A program made the position numbers and the translations under genes. DNA of 64,000 nt from a bacterium (lineage in GTDB: Bacteria; UBA8248; JACPRG01; G963555815): the NCBI GenBank assembly GCA_965261595.1, contig CBDHDG010000007.1, forward strand, positions 448,001 to 512,000, written 5' to 3'. This document shows, piece by piece, positions 9,887 through 21,300 of this stretch. Under the pieces are notes generated by a model. It did not search any database, was not told the DNA's origin, and worked only from the letters and a program-made list of their open reading frames with translations. Positions within the stretch are counted from its first letter, which is position 1; the number at the start of each line of letters is the position of its first letter.

Positions 9887-11804
9887 ATGAAAAAGAAAGA
9901 AGCGTCCGCTTTTTCCAATTCATCACACTTCGTCAAAACCCTTCACAGGGAAGACCCGGATTATTCCACCCCCCCCCCTGAAGATCCCGGCTAAAGCCCG
10001 GAAACGGATGTTGGCTCATCTGCGCCTGCTCTACGGGGAGGAGGTTGCGGCCGGCTTCCTGCCTGATCTCGAACGAATTCTCAAGGTTTATTACGCCCAT
10101 AAGCCGCGGGAATTGATTGACGCGGAAAAGGAGATTGATCCCAAAGGGCGTTTTACCGAGAAAGACATGGTCCTGATAACCTATGGGGATCTTTTTCGAG
10201 GTGGAGAGCGCTCTCCCTTGGCCACATTGGCGAATCTATGCGACACATACTTGCGCGCGATCAACACCCTGCACATCCTGCCGTTTTATCCCTACTCTTC
10301 GGATAGGGGGTTCTCCGTCATAGACTTCCGGGCGGTCGATCCCAGGCTTGGAAGCTGGCGGGACATCAACGTCCTCGAAGAGCGTTACCAGCTCATGTTT
10401 GACGGGGTGATCAACCACGTATCCTCCCGGAGCGACTGGTTCAGGGAATTCCTAAACGGCAACCCCGAATACGAGGACTTTTTCATCGCGTTTTCTTCTC
10501 CGGATGAACTGACCATCGAGGATCGGGGGAAAATCTTTCGTCCGAGGACCTCCGACATTCTGACCCGATTTCAGACGATAAACGGTCCCCGGTACGTGTG
10601 GACCACCTTTTCGGCCGATCAGATAGACTTGAATTATAAGAACCCGAAAGTCTTGCTGAGCGTCATCGATCTTCTTCTGTTCTACATCCGTCATGGGACC
10701 GACATGATTCGCCTGGACGCGGTGTCCTATCTCTGGGCCGAGCCGGAGACGACCTGCGTACACCTGAACCAGACCCATGAAATCGTAAAGCTCTTTCGCA
10801 CCGTATTGGATGTCGCGGCGCCGCACGTTGCCTTGGTCACGGAGGTGAATCTTCCGCATGAGCAGAATGTTTCGTATTTCGGCAACGGTTTCGATGAAGC
10901 GCAAATGGTATACAATTTCGCCCTGCCCCCGCTCGTGCTCTATAGCTTCTACAAACAGGACGCCACCGTCCTGACGCGGTGGGCGAATAGCTTGGAAACC
11001 AAGTCCGATACAACGGCCTTCTTCAATATTCTGGACACCCATGACGGGATTGGTTTGATGGGGGTCAAGAACATTCTTTCTGAAGAAGAAATCGATTTTA
11101 TCATCGGACGGGCGCGGGAAAACGGCGCGTTCATCTCGTATCGGGCGGAGGAGAACGGCGGGCGGGCGCCTTATGAAATCAATACAACCTGGTGGAGCGC
11201 CCTCGACGGCGACGACGGTGATGAAAACATGGCGTTCAAGGTGGCCCGCTTTATGGCCTCAAGGTGCGTTCCGCTTGTTCTCAAGGGGGTGCCCGGAATT
11301 TACGCCCACGGGGCGCTGGGAACGGGCAACAATCCGGACATTGTCGAGACGAGCGAAGCGAAACGGGAAATCAACCGGCAGAGCGTCGATAGCCGGGCCA
11401 TCGTAAAGGCCCTGGAAGACCCGGACTCCAAGCTGTCTCGAATCGGGCCGATACTGAGAAAGATGAATGTGACCCGAACGGCCCAACGCGTATTCCATCC
11501 CAATGGGAGGCAGGTCCTTTTGACGGTCTCGCCCGGCGTGTTTTCCGTCCTGAGGATATCCCCAGAAGGGGACCGGCATATTCTGGCCCTGATCAACGTG
11601 TCCGATCGGGTGACGGACATGAAAATCGGTTTTTCAGATCTCGGGATTGAGGAATCCCTTTGGGTCGATCTTTTGAGCGGAAAGGAATGGTCGGCGCAAG
11701 GCCGGGAGCTTCCCATCACCTTGCGGCCTTATGAAGTCATCTGGCTGAAGCCATATCATCAGATGGATGAAGGCGGGCTTCCATCCGATCCCGCCCTGGA
11801 TTGA
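9887..11804 (+). CDS. Sucrose/glucosylglycerate phosphorylase-like GH13_18 enzyme; 5' frameshift in a C10 tract
   Basis: LITYGD, HILPFYPYSSDRGFSV, WTTFSADQIDLNY, IRLDAV, THDGIG. Intact ORF from 10008; ATG 9887 joins if one C is removed at 9969-9978. Confidence 0.88.
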
Positions 11805-11809
11805 GTTCC

Positions 11810-11909
11810 ACGCACCGTGTCGCCGCCGAAAGATCTCCTGCCCGCGATTGCCCCGCTGAGTGACGCGATGGGGTAAGCCTGACGCCACGACGCGTGCGAT
11901 TCTTGGCAT
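11810..11909 (-). pseudogene. REP-associated tyrosine transposase (RAYT) N-terminal fragment
   Basis: MPRIARVVASGLPHRVTQRGNRGQEIF; upstream 8-bp inverted repeat GAATTAAG...CTTAATTC at 11945-11971. Confidence 0.75.
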
Positions 11910-12035
11910 GCACCGACACGATGGCCGCGCAAGCCGAAAGTCAAGAATTAAGTATGGTGTCCCCTTAATTCCCAAGCAGGCGGTGGTCGGTGCGGGTCTG
12001 TCCGGAGTTAAAATGGGAAATTCCGGTTAAATATA

Positions 12036-12447
12036 GGTAATGTCACGAGTTTTGTGTAGAAGTGCAGAGAGGGTTTGTCTCCCACTAGGTGTTAATGCGG
12101 TGGAACACGCTGTAGGCGACGCGTTCCAGGGACTCGTTGTTGTTCATGACGGTCATGGGTCTGGTTCTTCGTCTCACCTCCCGAAAGACCCGCTCAATGG
12201 GGTTTATCGTGCGCAGGGTGACCCGAAGGGCGGGGGCTCTTGGAAGTGGGCCAACAACGTCTCGAGGTCGCTCTCGATGCACGCCACCGCCTTGGGCTCC
12301 CGCCCTCGCCACTGCTTGGCCCATCGCCAAAAGGCGGCGATGGCCGCCCGGCGGCTGTGGGCCTCGTAGATCCTTTGTGCGCCCGAGACCACCGCCTCCT
12401 GGTTGCGCTTTCGGACCTTCTTCACGACGTTTTGCATCTTGATTCAT
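12036..12447 (-). mobile_element. IS256-family remnant (3' end, frameshifted transposase fragment)
   Basis: RTINPIERVFREVRRRTR IS256 C-terminal motif; terminal GGTAATGTCACGAGTTTTGTGTA at 12036. Confidence 0.8.
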
Positions 12448-12644
12448 CCGTAAAGCCGTTCTTTCCAGCCGTGAGATCCTATTATACTATTGATATTATT
12501 GAGAATATACATAATTTCCAATCTCATTCGAAATCTGCCTTCTGCAGTCCGTAATCAAAATGAAAGCGGATTCGTTAAAACTCCTGCGCATCTCGGCGAG
12601 TCCCTGTCGGTAACCGTTCGGACGGGCCGTGATGGGGGGGTAAT

Positions 12645-12962
12645 TTAGCTGTTGAGGGTTCGTTTCCAATTTTTTTTGAGGGGGCGGAGCCAGATATCCT
12701 TTTTCGGTTGGGCGCGTCTCGTGTACCTGTCGTAGCGTCCGCGTCCCTGGGTGGTTCCGACGTGGGTCCATCCCGATGCCCTGTAGACGGCGCCGGTGTA
12801 ACGGGGGGTCTCGACGAAGGTTTCGATGAGCACGGGGGTGGTGTTGTAGCGCTCGGCCCAGTCCTGGGGCAGGCGACGGCGGACGATGGCGAGGATGTGC
12901 GAACCGAGGTTGGGGATCTTGATCCAGGGCAGGATGAGGAACCTCGGGTTGTCGACCACGAG
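12645..12962 (-). pseudogene. DUF4338-domain protein, 5'-truncated by an IS3 end
   Basis: NPRFLILPWIKIPNLGSHIL..LIETFVE..GAVYRASGWTHVGTTQGRGR; cut at the IR beginning 12963. Confidence 0.8.
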
Positions 12963-13350
12963 TGGAGTTACCCCGTTTCAGTGGACAGTTTAGGGCTGTC
13001 GTCCCCAGCCCTGAGGTGGGCAACAGCCGGTGGACGTACAGTCTTCTCCCTATCCGATAGATAGGGTGCCCCCGGGGGGTATGTCTTGACCTTTGGCTCG
13101 CTGCTCCGGGAAGCACCGGGGACGGCTCGATCCGGACGATGAGCGTTGCGCACTGCACGTGGCGTTTCCTTCGCCGCGGACCGCTCGTAGTCGTTGGGGC
13201 TGAGGTAACCCAGGGCTGAATGACGACGGCGTGGGTTGTACCAGCCTTCGATGAATTGGAAGATCGCCAGGCGCGCTTCGGCCTGGGTACGGAACGAGCG
13301 CAGGTCGATGAGCTCGCACTCCAGCGTGGCAAAGAAGCTCTCGGCCATGG
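12963..13350 (-). mobile_element. IS3-family remnant (IS-C): right IR plus transposase C-terminus
   Basis: TGGAGTTACCCCGTTTCAGTGGACAG end; MAESFFATLECELI...WYNPRRRHSALGYLSP. Confidence 0.85.
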
Positions 13351-13416
13351 TCCCCCGCTCTAGGGTTTTGTTGGACACTCGATTGATCCATGATTCATGG
13401 AGAAAGGGGTGTCGCG

Positions 13417-13803
13417 ATGAACGAACAAAAGCAAGAGGGGGCTTTGGCGGAGGGCGCCCGCAGGGCGAACGGAGCCAAGGCCCCAGGGCATCGCAGTGAG
13501 CGGGGTCGGTTCTCCTGCCAGCGCAAGCGGGAGGCGGTCCTGCGTCTTTTGCGGGGCGAGAGCCTGGAGACGCTCTGCCGCGAGTTGGGCACGACAGCGG
13601 CTCGGCTTTCCGCCTGGCGCGAGGCGTTCCTTCGCGGGGGCGAGGCGGCACTCAAAGCCCGCCCGGCGGATGAGCGGGACGAGGAGAACGCCCGGCTCAA
13701 GGCCAAGGTGGGCGAACTCACGATGGAGGGCGAGGTCCTGCGGGAGAAGATCGACCGCCTGGAGGCCGGCCGCCCTTTAGCCGGCAGGAGGTGGAGGCGA
13801 TGA
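13417..13803 (+). CDS. IS3-family OrfA (HTH)
   Basis: RFSCQRKREAVLRLLRGESLETLCRELG; ENARLKAKVGELTME coiled coil. Confidence 0.9.
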   Translation: MNEQKQEGALAEGARRANGAKAPGHRSERGRFSCQRKREAVLRLLRGESLETLCRELGTTAARLSAWREAFLRGGEAALKARPADERDEENARLKAKVGELTMEGEVLREKIDRLEAGRPLAGRRWRR

Positions 13804-14708
13804 GTCAGGCCCGCTTCACCTCCACGGGCAGAGCCTACGGCCTGAAGCGGGTGTGCGCCCTTTGGGGCTTGGCGCGCTCCACGGTCTACGCGCAACGGCG
13901 GCGAGAGGCGGTCCCCGTTCATGAACGCCCCACGCCCAATAAGCGCGGCCCTGTGGGCCCGTGCACCGATGCGGAACTCCTCGGCCACATCCGGCAGGTC
14001 CTGGAGGACTCTCCCTTCCATGGCGAGGGCTACCGCAAGGTGTGGGCGAGGCTGCGCTTCGCGGGCATCCGCACCAGCAAGGAGCGGGTGCGTCGCCTGA
14101 TGCGGGAGGCGGGGCTTCAGGCCCCCCACCGGGTGGGCAAACCCCGAGGTCCCAAGGCCCACAACGGGACCATCCGCACCGAGCGGCCCGACCGAATGTG
14201 GGGCACGCACATGACGACGACGGTGACCACCGAGGAGGGGATGGCCTCGGTGTTCGTGGCGGTGGATCACTGCTCGGTGGACTGCGTGGGGATCCATGCG
14301 GCCAAGAGCGGCAACCGCTTCGAGGCCCTGGAGCCGATCCGGCAGGGGGTCGCCGAGCGCTTCGCCGGCTTGGAGGCGGACGTCGCCGAGGGGCTTAAAG
14401 TTCGTCACGACCACGGCCCCGCCTATCTGTCCGATGACTTTCAGCGGGAGATCGCCTACCTGGGCATGACCAGTTCGCCCAGCTTCGTGCGGGCGCCCGA
14501 GGGAAATGGCTACTGTGAGTGGTTCATCCGCATCTTGAAGGAGAATCTCCTGTGGGTGCGCTCTTTCGCCACCGTAGAGGAACTGCGGTGGGCGCTGCTT
14601 GAGTTCAAGAACCTGTACAACCATCATTGGATTCTCGAGGGCTACGGCTACCGAACGCCGGCCCAGGCAAGGCAGGAAAAACTCGCTCAAGTTGCGGAGG
14701 CCGCATGA
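13800..14708 (+). CDS. IS3-family OrfB DDE transposase with first catalytic Asp changed to His
   Basis: GYRKVWARL, WGTH (WGTD in other copies), HDHG, NGYCEWF. Confidence 0.9.
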   Translation: MSQARFTSTGRAYGLKRVCALWGLARSTVYAQRRREAVPVHERPTPNKRGPVGPCTDAELLGHIRQVLEDSPFHGEGYRKVWARLRFAGIRTSKERVRRLMREAGLQAPHRVGKPRGPKAHNGTIRTERPDRMWGTHMTTTVTTEEGMASVFVAVDHCSVDCVGIHAAKSGNRFEALEPIRQGVAERFAGLEADVAEGLKVRHDHGPAYLSDDFQREIAYLGMTSSPSFVRAPEGNGYCEWFIRILKENLLWVRSFATVEELRWALLEFKNLYNHHWILEGYGYRTPAQARQEKLAQVAEAA

Positions 14709-14754
14709 GGTCGAATACCCTCACCCGAGTGTCCAATAACCCAGGGGCGGTCCA

Positions 14755-15977
14755 AGGCGGTCCTGCGTCTTTTGCGGGGCGAGAGCCTGGAGACGCTCTG
14801 CCGCGAGTTGGGCACGACAGCGGCTCGGCTTTCCGCCTGGCGCGAGGCGTTCCTTCGCGGGGGCGAGGCGGCGCTCAAAGCCCGCCCGGCGGATGAGCGG
14901 GCCGAGGAGAACGCCCGGCTCAAGGCCAAGGTGGGCGAACTCACGATGGAGGGCGAGGTCCTGCGGGAGAAGATCGACCGCCTGGAGGCCGGCCGCCCTT
15001 TAGCCGGCAGGAGGTGGAGGCGATGAGTCAGGCCCGCTTCACCTCCACGGGCAGAGCCTACGGCCTGAAGCGGGTGTGCGCCCTTTGGGGCTTGGCGCGC
15101 TCCACGGTCTACGCGCAACGGCGGCGAGAGGCGGTCCCCGTTCATGAACGCCCCACGCCCAATAAGCGCGGCCCTGTGGGCCCGTGCACCGATGCGGAAC
15201 TCCTCGGCCACATCCGGCAGGTCCTGGAGGACTCTCCCTTCCATGGCGAGGGCTACCGCAAGGTGTGGGCGAGGCTGCGCTTCGCGGGCATCCGCACCAG
15301 CAAGGAGCGGGTGCGTCGCCTGATGCGGGAGGCGGGGCTTCAGGCCCCCCACCGGGTGGGCAAACCCCGAGGTCCCAAGGCCCACAACGGGACCATCCGC
15401 ACCGAGCGGCCCGACCGAATGTGGGGCACGGACATGACGACGACGGTGACCACCGAGGAGGGGGTGGCCTCGGTGTTCGTGGCGGTGGATCACTGCTCGG
15501 TGGACTGCGTGGGGATCCATGCGGCCAAGAGCGGCAACCGCTTCGAGGCCCTGGAGCCGATCCGGCAGGGGGTCGCCGAGCGCTTCGCCGGCTTGGAGGC
15601 GGACGTCGCCGAGGGGCTTAAAGTTCGTCACGACCACGGCCCCGCCTATCTGTCCGATGACTTTCAGCGGGAGATCGCCTACCTGGGCATGACCAGTTCG
15701 CCCAGCTTCGTGCGGGCGCCCGAGGGAAATGGCTACTGTGAGTGGTTTATCCGCATCTTGAAGGAGAATCTCCTGTGGGTGCGCTCTTTCGCCACCGTAG
15801 AGGAACTGCGGTGGGCGCTGCTTGAGTTCAAAAACCTGTACAACCATCATTGGATTCTCGAGGGCTACGGCTACCGAACGCCGGCCCAGGCAAGGCAGGA
15901 AAAACTCGCTCAAGTTGCGGAGGCCGCATGAGGTCGAATACCCTCACCCGAGTGTCCAATAACCCAGGGGCGGTCCA
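14755..15977 (+). mobile_element. IS-A copy 2, 5'-truncated within orfA
   Basis: Begins mid-orfA (AGGCGGTCCTGCGTC) directly after the copy 1 right end; intact right end. Confidence 0.93.
15023..15931 (+). CDS. IS3-family OrfB DDE transposase
   Basis: Near-identical to the other IS-A orfB copies. Confidence 0.9.
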   Translation: MSQARFTSTGRAYGLKRVCALWGLARSTVYAQRRREAVPVHERPTPNKRGPVGPCTDAELLGHIRQVLEDSPFHGEGYRKVWARLRFAGIRTSKERVRRLMREAGLQAPHRVGKPRGPKAHNGTIRTERPDRMWGTDMTTTVTTEEGVASVFVAVDHCSVDCVGIHAAKSGNRFEALEPIRQGVAERFAGLEADVAEGLKVRHDHGPAYLSDDFQREIAYLGMTSSPSFVRAPEGNGYCEWFIRILKENLLWVRSFATVEELRWALLEFKNLYNHHWILEGYGYRTPAQARQEKLAQVAEAA

Positions 15978-16019
15978 GGACGACAGCCATCAACTGTCAA
16001 TTGTAACGGGGTAACTCCA
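15978..16019 (+). mobile_element. Isolated right end of an IS-C-related IS3 element
   Basis: GGACGACAGCCATCAACTGTCAATTGTAACGGGGTAACTCCA matches the reverse complement of 12963-13004. Confidence 0.75.
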
Positions 16020-16030
16020 GGAGAATAGCG

Positions 16031-17383
16031 ATGCTGCTTGTGGCAAGAGCAGTTGGGCGCGTTTCATGTGTTACGGCACTTACAGTGCTCCTCGCGTTCG
16101 GAGTCCTGCCTGCCGAAGCCGACGAATCGAGCGTTTGGCCCGCCTTTGATCGCCCCGGTGTTTCGTTGCTGCCCGGAGTGCAGAGGTGTGGACCTGCCCT
16201 CAACGACGGCTTGTCGGAGGCCTCACAATGCCTGACGAGCTGGGCGGTGACTCAGCTCTTGCTCGACGCAGCCATCCGCTTCGCGACCGAGCAGGGCCGA
16301 GCGGTGTTTGGCGAGCATTTCCGTATCGTCAATAAGCTGAGCTACTCGCCAGATGGGAGCGGGCTGGGCGGAGGGCTTGACGTCGTCTTTCCATTTGCGT
16401 CGTCGACATTTCTCGGCGCCGCGCCGTCTGAGTTAAGCGCCTTCTTCCTGCAACAGGGTGTGACGCGCTGGGTCGACGACCGCGGGACTAACCGAAACGA
16501 CCTTCGTTTCGCCGCCGTTCGCCGTTTCGGCCTGTCCGAAGAAGGCGCGGCGCCCGGCATTCTTGGTCTATCCACCTTTGTCCAGCAGAGCCTTGAGTTC
16601 AAACACACGCGACTCGTAGCTGGCGCCGACTATGCCGGTAAGTGGGGACGGGGGTCGCTCAACCTGTTTGTACCCACAACGGGCTGGCGACCTGCTCATA
16701 TCGGGTACGAAGAGCGCGCACTTGCCGGAATCGAGCTTGGTTTCAAGCTGAACCTCACCACCACCTTGTCCATGAGCACGGCGATTGGCCAATGGGAAGA
16801 CGATGACGGTCTCGGCGGCTGGTCAACGAACGGTCGAGTGGCTGTGGGTTGGCGTCCGCATCCCTGGTTCAACATCAACGTTGCGTGGAACGGGCTCGGC
16901 ACACACAGCAATACAGAGCAGTTTCTTCTGGCATTCTCACTGCCCTTGAGGAAACGCGCAAAACCGCCGCAGTGGGCGGGTCTGGGCCTTGTGGGTGACG
17001 GTCCGAAGCCGTCCGCTGTCGACCCTTGGAGTCCGGTCGACAATATCGACGTTATCCATGTGGCGCGGCGTGAGAGCGCGAGCGATCCTCTCGTCTCCGC
17101 GGCGACGGTCCGGTTTCTTCAGGAAAGGGCGAGTAGTGGTGACGAGATCGGCATCGAAGTCCTCCTCCCTTCCGTAACATCTCGCGATCTGGATTTGGTT
17201 GTGACTCTCGCGCCCGGCACGGGCGACAACCCTGCCGTGCCGGGAGTGGACTTTGTGGACGAACCCGTCCCGGTCACGATTCGCGCGGGAACGTCCAGCG
17301 CCGTTGTCACCATTCAACTCCCGCTGAATTCCGAACTGAACGAATCCCGGTCTCTGAGTGTCACAGTAAGCTCGGCGTCCTGA
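16031..17383 (+). CDS. Inverse-autotransporter (intimin/invasin-like) beta-barrel protein with C-terminal Calx-beta-like domain
   Basis: Signal peptide; FFLQQG, HTRLVAGADY, SLNLFVPTTGWR, YEERALAGIEL; AVPGVDF..VTIRAGTSSAVVTI. Confidence 0.7.
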   Translation: MLLVARAVGRVSCVTALTVLLAFGVLPAEADESSVWPAFDRPGVSLLPGVQRCGPALNDGLSEASQCLTSWAVTQLLLDAAIRFATEQGRAVFGEHFRIVNKLSYSPDGSGLGGGLDVVFPFASSTFLGAAPSELSAFFLQQGVTRWVDDRGTNRNDLRFAAVRRFGLSEEGAAPGILGLSTFVQQSLEFKHTRLVAGADYAGKWGRGSLNLFVPTTGWRPAHIGYEERALAGIELGFKLNLTTTLSMSTAIGQWEDDDGLGGWSTNGRVAVGWRPHPWFNINVAWNGLGTHSNTEQFLLAFSLPLRKRAKPPQWAGLGLVGDGPKPSAVDPWSPVDNIDVIHVARRESASDPLVSAATVRFLQERASSGDEIGIEVLLPSVTSRDLDLVVTLAPGTGDNPAVPGVDFVDEPVPVTIRAGTSSAVVTIQLPLNSELNESRSLSVTVSSAS

Positions 17384-17564
17384 CCAAATGGCGCCCTCTG
17401 ACATCGCGAGGCGATGGAGCCCATCGAAATGATTCGTATTTATATACTTGACACAGACGACCACAACATGTAGGTCGCGCCCGCGTCTCGGCTGACCACA
17501 AGATGTAGGGGCATGCTTCCATCGATCCGTTTCCAGAAGATGCGCTCTATCAGATCGTTCGGTT

Positions 17565-18180
17565 TCATTGATCGATAAAATCCACGCGCTGAATATCGCC
17601 CTTTTCATTGAAGTGTAAAAACAACTTTTTGTTTATATGCAATGTGTTGTTGGTTTTTCCTTTTCTTCCGTACTTAAACTCAAATTCAAGACCGCCCTCA
17701 AAAACGCCGCTTCTCTTCTGCTCTATAGGATATGTAGTGATCGTCAAACCACCCCATCCCTCCTGCAGGGATGGTATAGCTATTCTTGGCATATGGCTCT
17801 TTTGTCGGGTACAACTTATCAAATGTTGAGACGACATTTACAACCTCAAATGTCACCGGGAAAAGAGCTTTGTTGTTAAACGTAGCACCAATCCGCAGTG
17901 ATTTTACTACACCAGCTTTGTCGATTATTCTGTCAGTTCTCACACTATGAAAGTTAAGCATATCCGCAACTCTATTACGATACCGCCATTCGCTGAATCG
18001 CAACAATCCCATAGAGGAAACTGAAAACAGAATGACCGCTCCAACATATAGGTTGAACAACTGGATATGTTGCGCAAAACCGATCATGACGCCAGCCGCC
18101 GTGACCGCAATGGGCCATATCCAGCTCCGCAGTAATTCACCCGCCAAAAAGAGGGCGACTTTGCGAAGCCAATTGAGCAT
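17565..18180 (-). pseudogene. Low-GC hypothetical membrane protein, probably frameshifted
   Basis: 160-aa ORF with two N-terminal TM segments; protein-like sequence continues in another frame to 17565; AT-rich. Confidence 0.5.
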
Positions 18181-18344
18181 GATTCAGTCATTGTATGATC
18201 CCTCTTCGGTTGAGTCAAGCGCATAATTGCGAATCCAACTCCACCATGACTTGAGTTGAAGCATGCCCCTACATCTTGTGGTCAGCCGAGACGCGGGGAC
18301 GATCTACATGTTGTGGTCGTCTGCGTCAAGTACATAATTCCGAA

Positions 18345-21300
18345 ATGATTACTCGTTCACACAGCTTGAAGGCGATCGCGTCCATAGCGCTTGTCGTGAT
18401 GACATGCATTGGACTTGCGGGTTGCGGTGGCGGTGGCGGCGGTGGCGGTGGCGGTGGCGGTTCCAGACCGGCCACCGGAGGCAGCGGGGACCAGATGACG
18501 ATCGAGCCGCGGCCGTCACAGGACCGTCCGGACTTGGCGGTGGGTTCGCCATCGGTGAGCGACAGCAACCCGGCCGCCGGGGCGACGTTCACCCTGTCGG
18601 CGACTGTGCGGAACGGCGGCGCCGGAGCCTCGCCGGCCACGACGCTGCGCTACTACCGGTCGACGGACGCAACCATCACGACATCGGACACATCGGTGGG
18701 GACGGAAGCGGTAGCGGGGCTGGCCGCGTCGGGGAGCGGCAGCAAGTCGGTGGATCTGACGGCTCCGGCGAGCCCTGGGACGTACTACTACGGGGCGTGC
18801 GTGGATGCTGTGGCAGGAGAGTCGAACACGACCAACAACTGCTCGTCCTCGGTGCAGGTCACGGTGAATGACAAGCCCGACCATTCCGATATGCCGGCGG
18901 GCGCCACCGCCATTGCGCTGAGCGAGAGTTTCCAGGGGCGGATCGATTCTCCGAACGATGTGGATTACTTCCGCCTGCGGGTCGATTCGCCGGGCACGCT
19001 CACGATCCGGACAACCGGAAACGCGGATCCGGACATCGCGGTCTTCGATGGCGCGGGAATCGAGGTGCCCGGAGTTTCCGGAAGCTGGATCGGCAGTATC
19101 ACGCAGGAAATCCTCGACAGGGGGAGCGACCTGCGCGTCAGGTTCTCCGGAGGCAATGCGGGGGGGGAATACACGGGAAGCGCCACGCTCGACCAACTGT
19201 CGCAAACCTCACCGGACCTGTCGGTGGGGTCGCCGTCGGTGAGCGACAGCAGCCCGGCCGCCGGGGCGAGTTTCACCCTGTCGGCGACGGTGAGCAACAC
19301 GGGCGACGGCGAGTCGGTGGCCACGACGCTGCGCTACTACCGGTCCACGGACGCGACGATCACGCCGTCGGACACGGAGGTGGACACGGAAGCGGTGGCG
19401 GAGCTGGCCGCTTCGGGGAGCAGCAGCGGGTCGGTGGACCTGACCGCGCCGGCGAGCCCGGGGACATACTACTACGGCGCGTGTGTGGACGCGGTGACGG
19501 GCGAGTCCGACACGACCAACAACTGCTCGGCATCGGTGCAGGTTGTGGTGGAGACACAGCAACAATTGCAGGGCCAGCCGGACTTGGTAGTGGCATTGTC
19601 ATCGGTGAGCGACAGCAGCCCGGCCGCCGGGGCGAGTTTCACGCTGTCGGCGACGGTGCGGAACGACGGGGACGGAACCTCGGCGGCGACGACGTTGCGC
19701 TACTACCGGTCGACGGACGCGACGATCACGACGTCCGATACATCGGTGGGCACGGGCGCGGTGGCGGGGCTTGCGGCTTCGGGGAGCGGCAGCGAGTCGG
19801 TGGACCTGACCGCGCCGTCGAACCCCGGCACGTACTACTACGGCGCGTGCGTGGACACGGTGGCGGGAGAGTCCGACACGACGAACAACTGCTCGAGTTC
19901 CGTAACTGTCGTAGTGGCTGGGCCGGACCTGGTAGTGGCATCGCCATCGGTAAGCGACAGCAGCCTGGCCGCCGGGGCGGGTTTCACCCTGTCGGCGACG
20001 GTGCGGAACGACGGGGACGGGGACGCGCCGGCCACGACGCTGCGCTACTACCGGTCCACGGACGCGACGATCACGACGTCCGACACGTCGGTGGGCACAG
20101 ACGCGGTGGCGGAACTATCCGCGTCGGCGACCAGCGACGAGTCGGTGGGCCTGACGGCGCCTTCGAGCCCTGGAACGTACTACTACGGCGCGTGCGTGGC
20201 CGCGGTGGCGGGAGAGTCCGACACGTCGAACAACTGCTCGAGTTCCGTAGCTGTCAATGTATTGGATCCACAATTGCCGGTGGTGAATGAGCCGGATCTA
20301 GTGGTGGCGTCGCCTTCGGTGAGCGACAACGGCCCGGCCGCCGGGGCGAGTGTCACGCTGTCGGCGACGGTGCGGAACGACGGGGACGGGGACTCGCCGG
20401 CCACGACGCTGCGCTACTACCGGTCCACGGACGCGACCATCACGACGTCCGACACGGCGGAGGGCACGGATGCGGTGGGCGCGTTGTCGGTGTCGGGAAC
20501 CAGCGCGGAGTCAATCTCGGTGACGGCGCCTTCGAGCCCCGGCACGTACTACTACGGCGCGTGCGTGGTCACGGTGACGGACGAGTCCGACACCACCAAC
20601 AACTGCTCGTCCTCGGTGCAGGTCACGGTGCCGCAGCCGGTTTATCCCGACCTTGAGGTGGGGTCGCCATCGGTGAGCGACAGCAACCCGGGGCCGGGAG
20701 GGTCGTTCACCCTGTCGGCGACGGTGAGCAACCCGGGCGACGGTGAGTCGCCGGCGACGACACTGCGCTACTACCGGTCCACGGACGCGACCATCACGAC
20801 GTCCGACACGGCGGAGGGCACGGATGCGGTGGGCGCGTTGTCGGTGTTGGGAACCAGCGCGGAGTCAATCTCGGTGACGGCGCCTTCGAGCCCCGGCACG
20901 TACTACTACGGCGCGTGCGTGGACACGGTGACGGACGAGTCCGACACCACCAACAACTGCTCGTCCTCCGTGCAGGTCACGGTGCCGCAGCCGGTTTATC
21001 CCGACCTTGAGGTGGGGTCACCCTCGGTGAGCGACAGCAACCCGGGGCCGGGAGGGTCGTTCACCCTGTCGGCGACGGTGAGCAACCCGGGCGACGGTGA
21101 GTCGCCGGCGACGACGCTGCGCTACTACCGGTCCACGGACGCAACCATCACGACGTCCGACACATCGGTGGGGACGGACGCAGTGGGTTCGCTCTCGGCG
21201 TCGGGGAGCAGCGCGGAGTCGATCTCGCTGACGGCGCCGTCGAGCGCCGATACGTACTACTACGGGGCGTGCGTGGACACAGTGACGGACGAGTCGGATA

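Larger units (their letters stand above)
13351..14754 (+). mobile_element. IS-A copy 1 (IS3 family, 1404 bp)
   Basis: Ends TCCCCCGCTCTAGGGTTTTGTTGGACACTC and GAGTGTCCAATAACCCAGGGGCGGTCCA; orfA/orfB arrangement. Confidence 0.95.

Noticed and set aside
12645..12962. Druantia DruA defence system
   Set aside because: Only a truncated DUF4338 fragment amid IS debris; no other dru genes
13395..14690. 431-aa antisense ORF recurring in IS-A copies
   Set aside because: Conserved only because the IS copies are near-identical; no motifs
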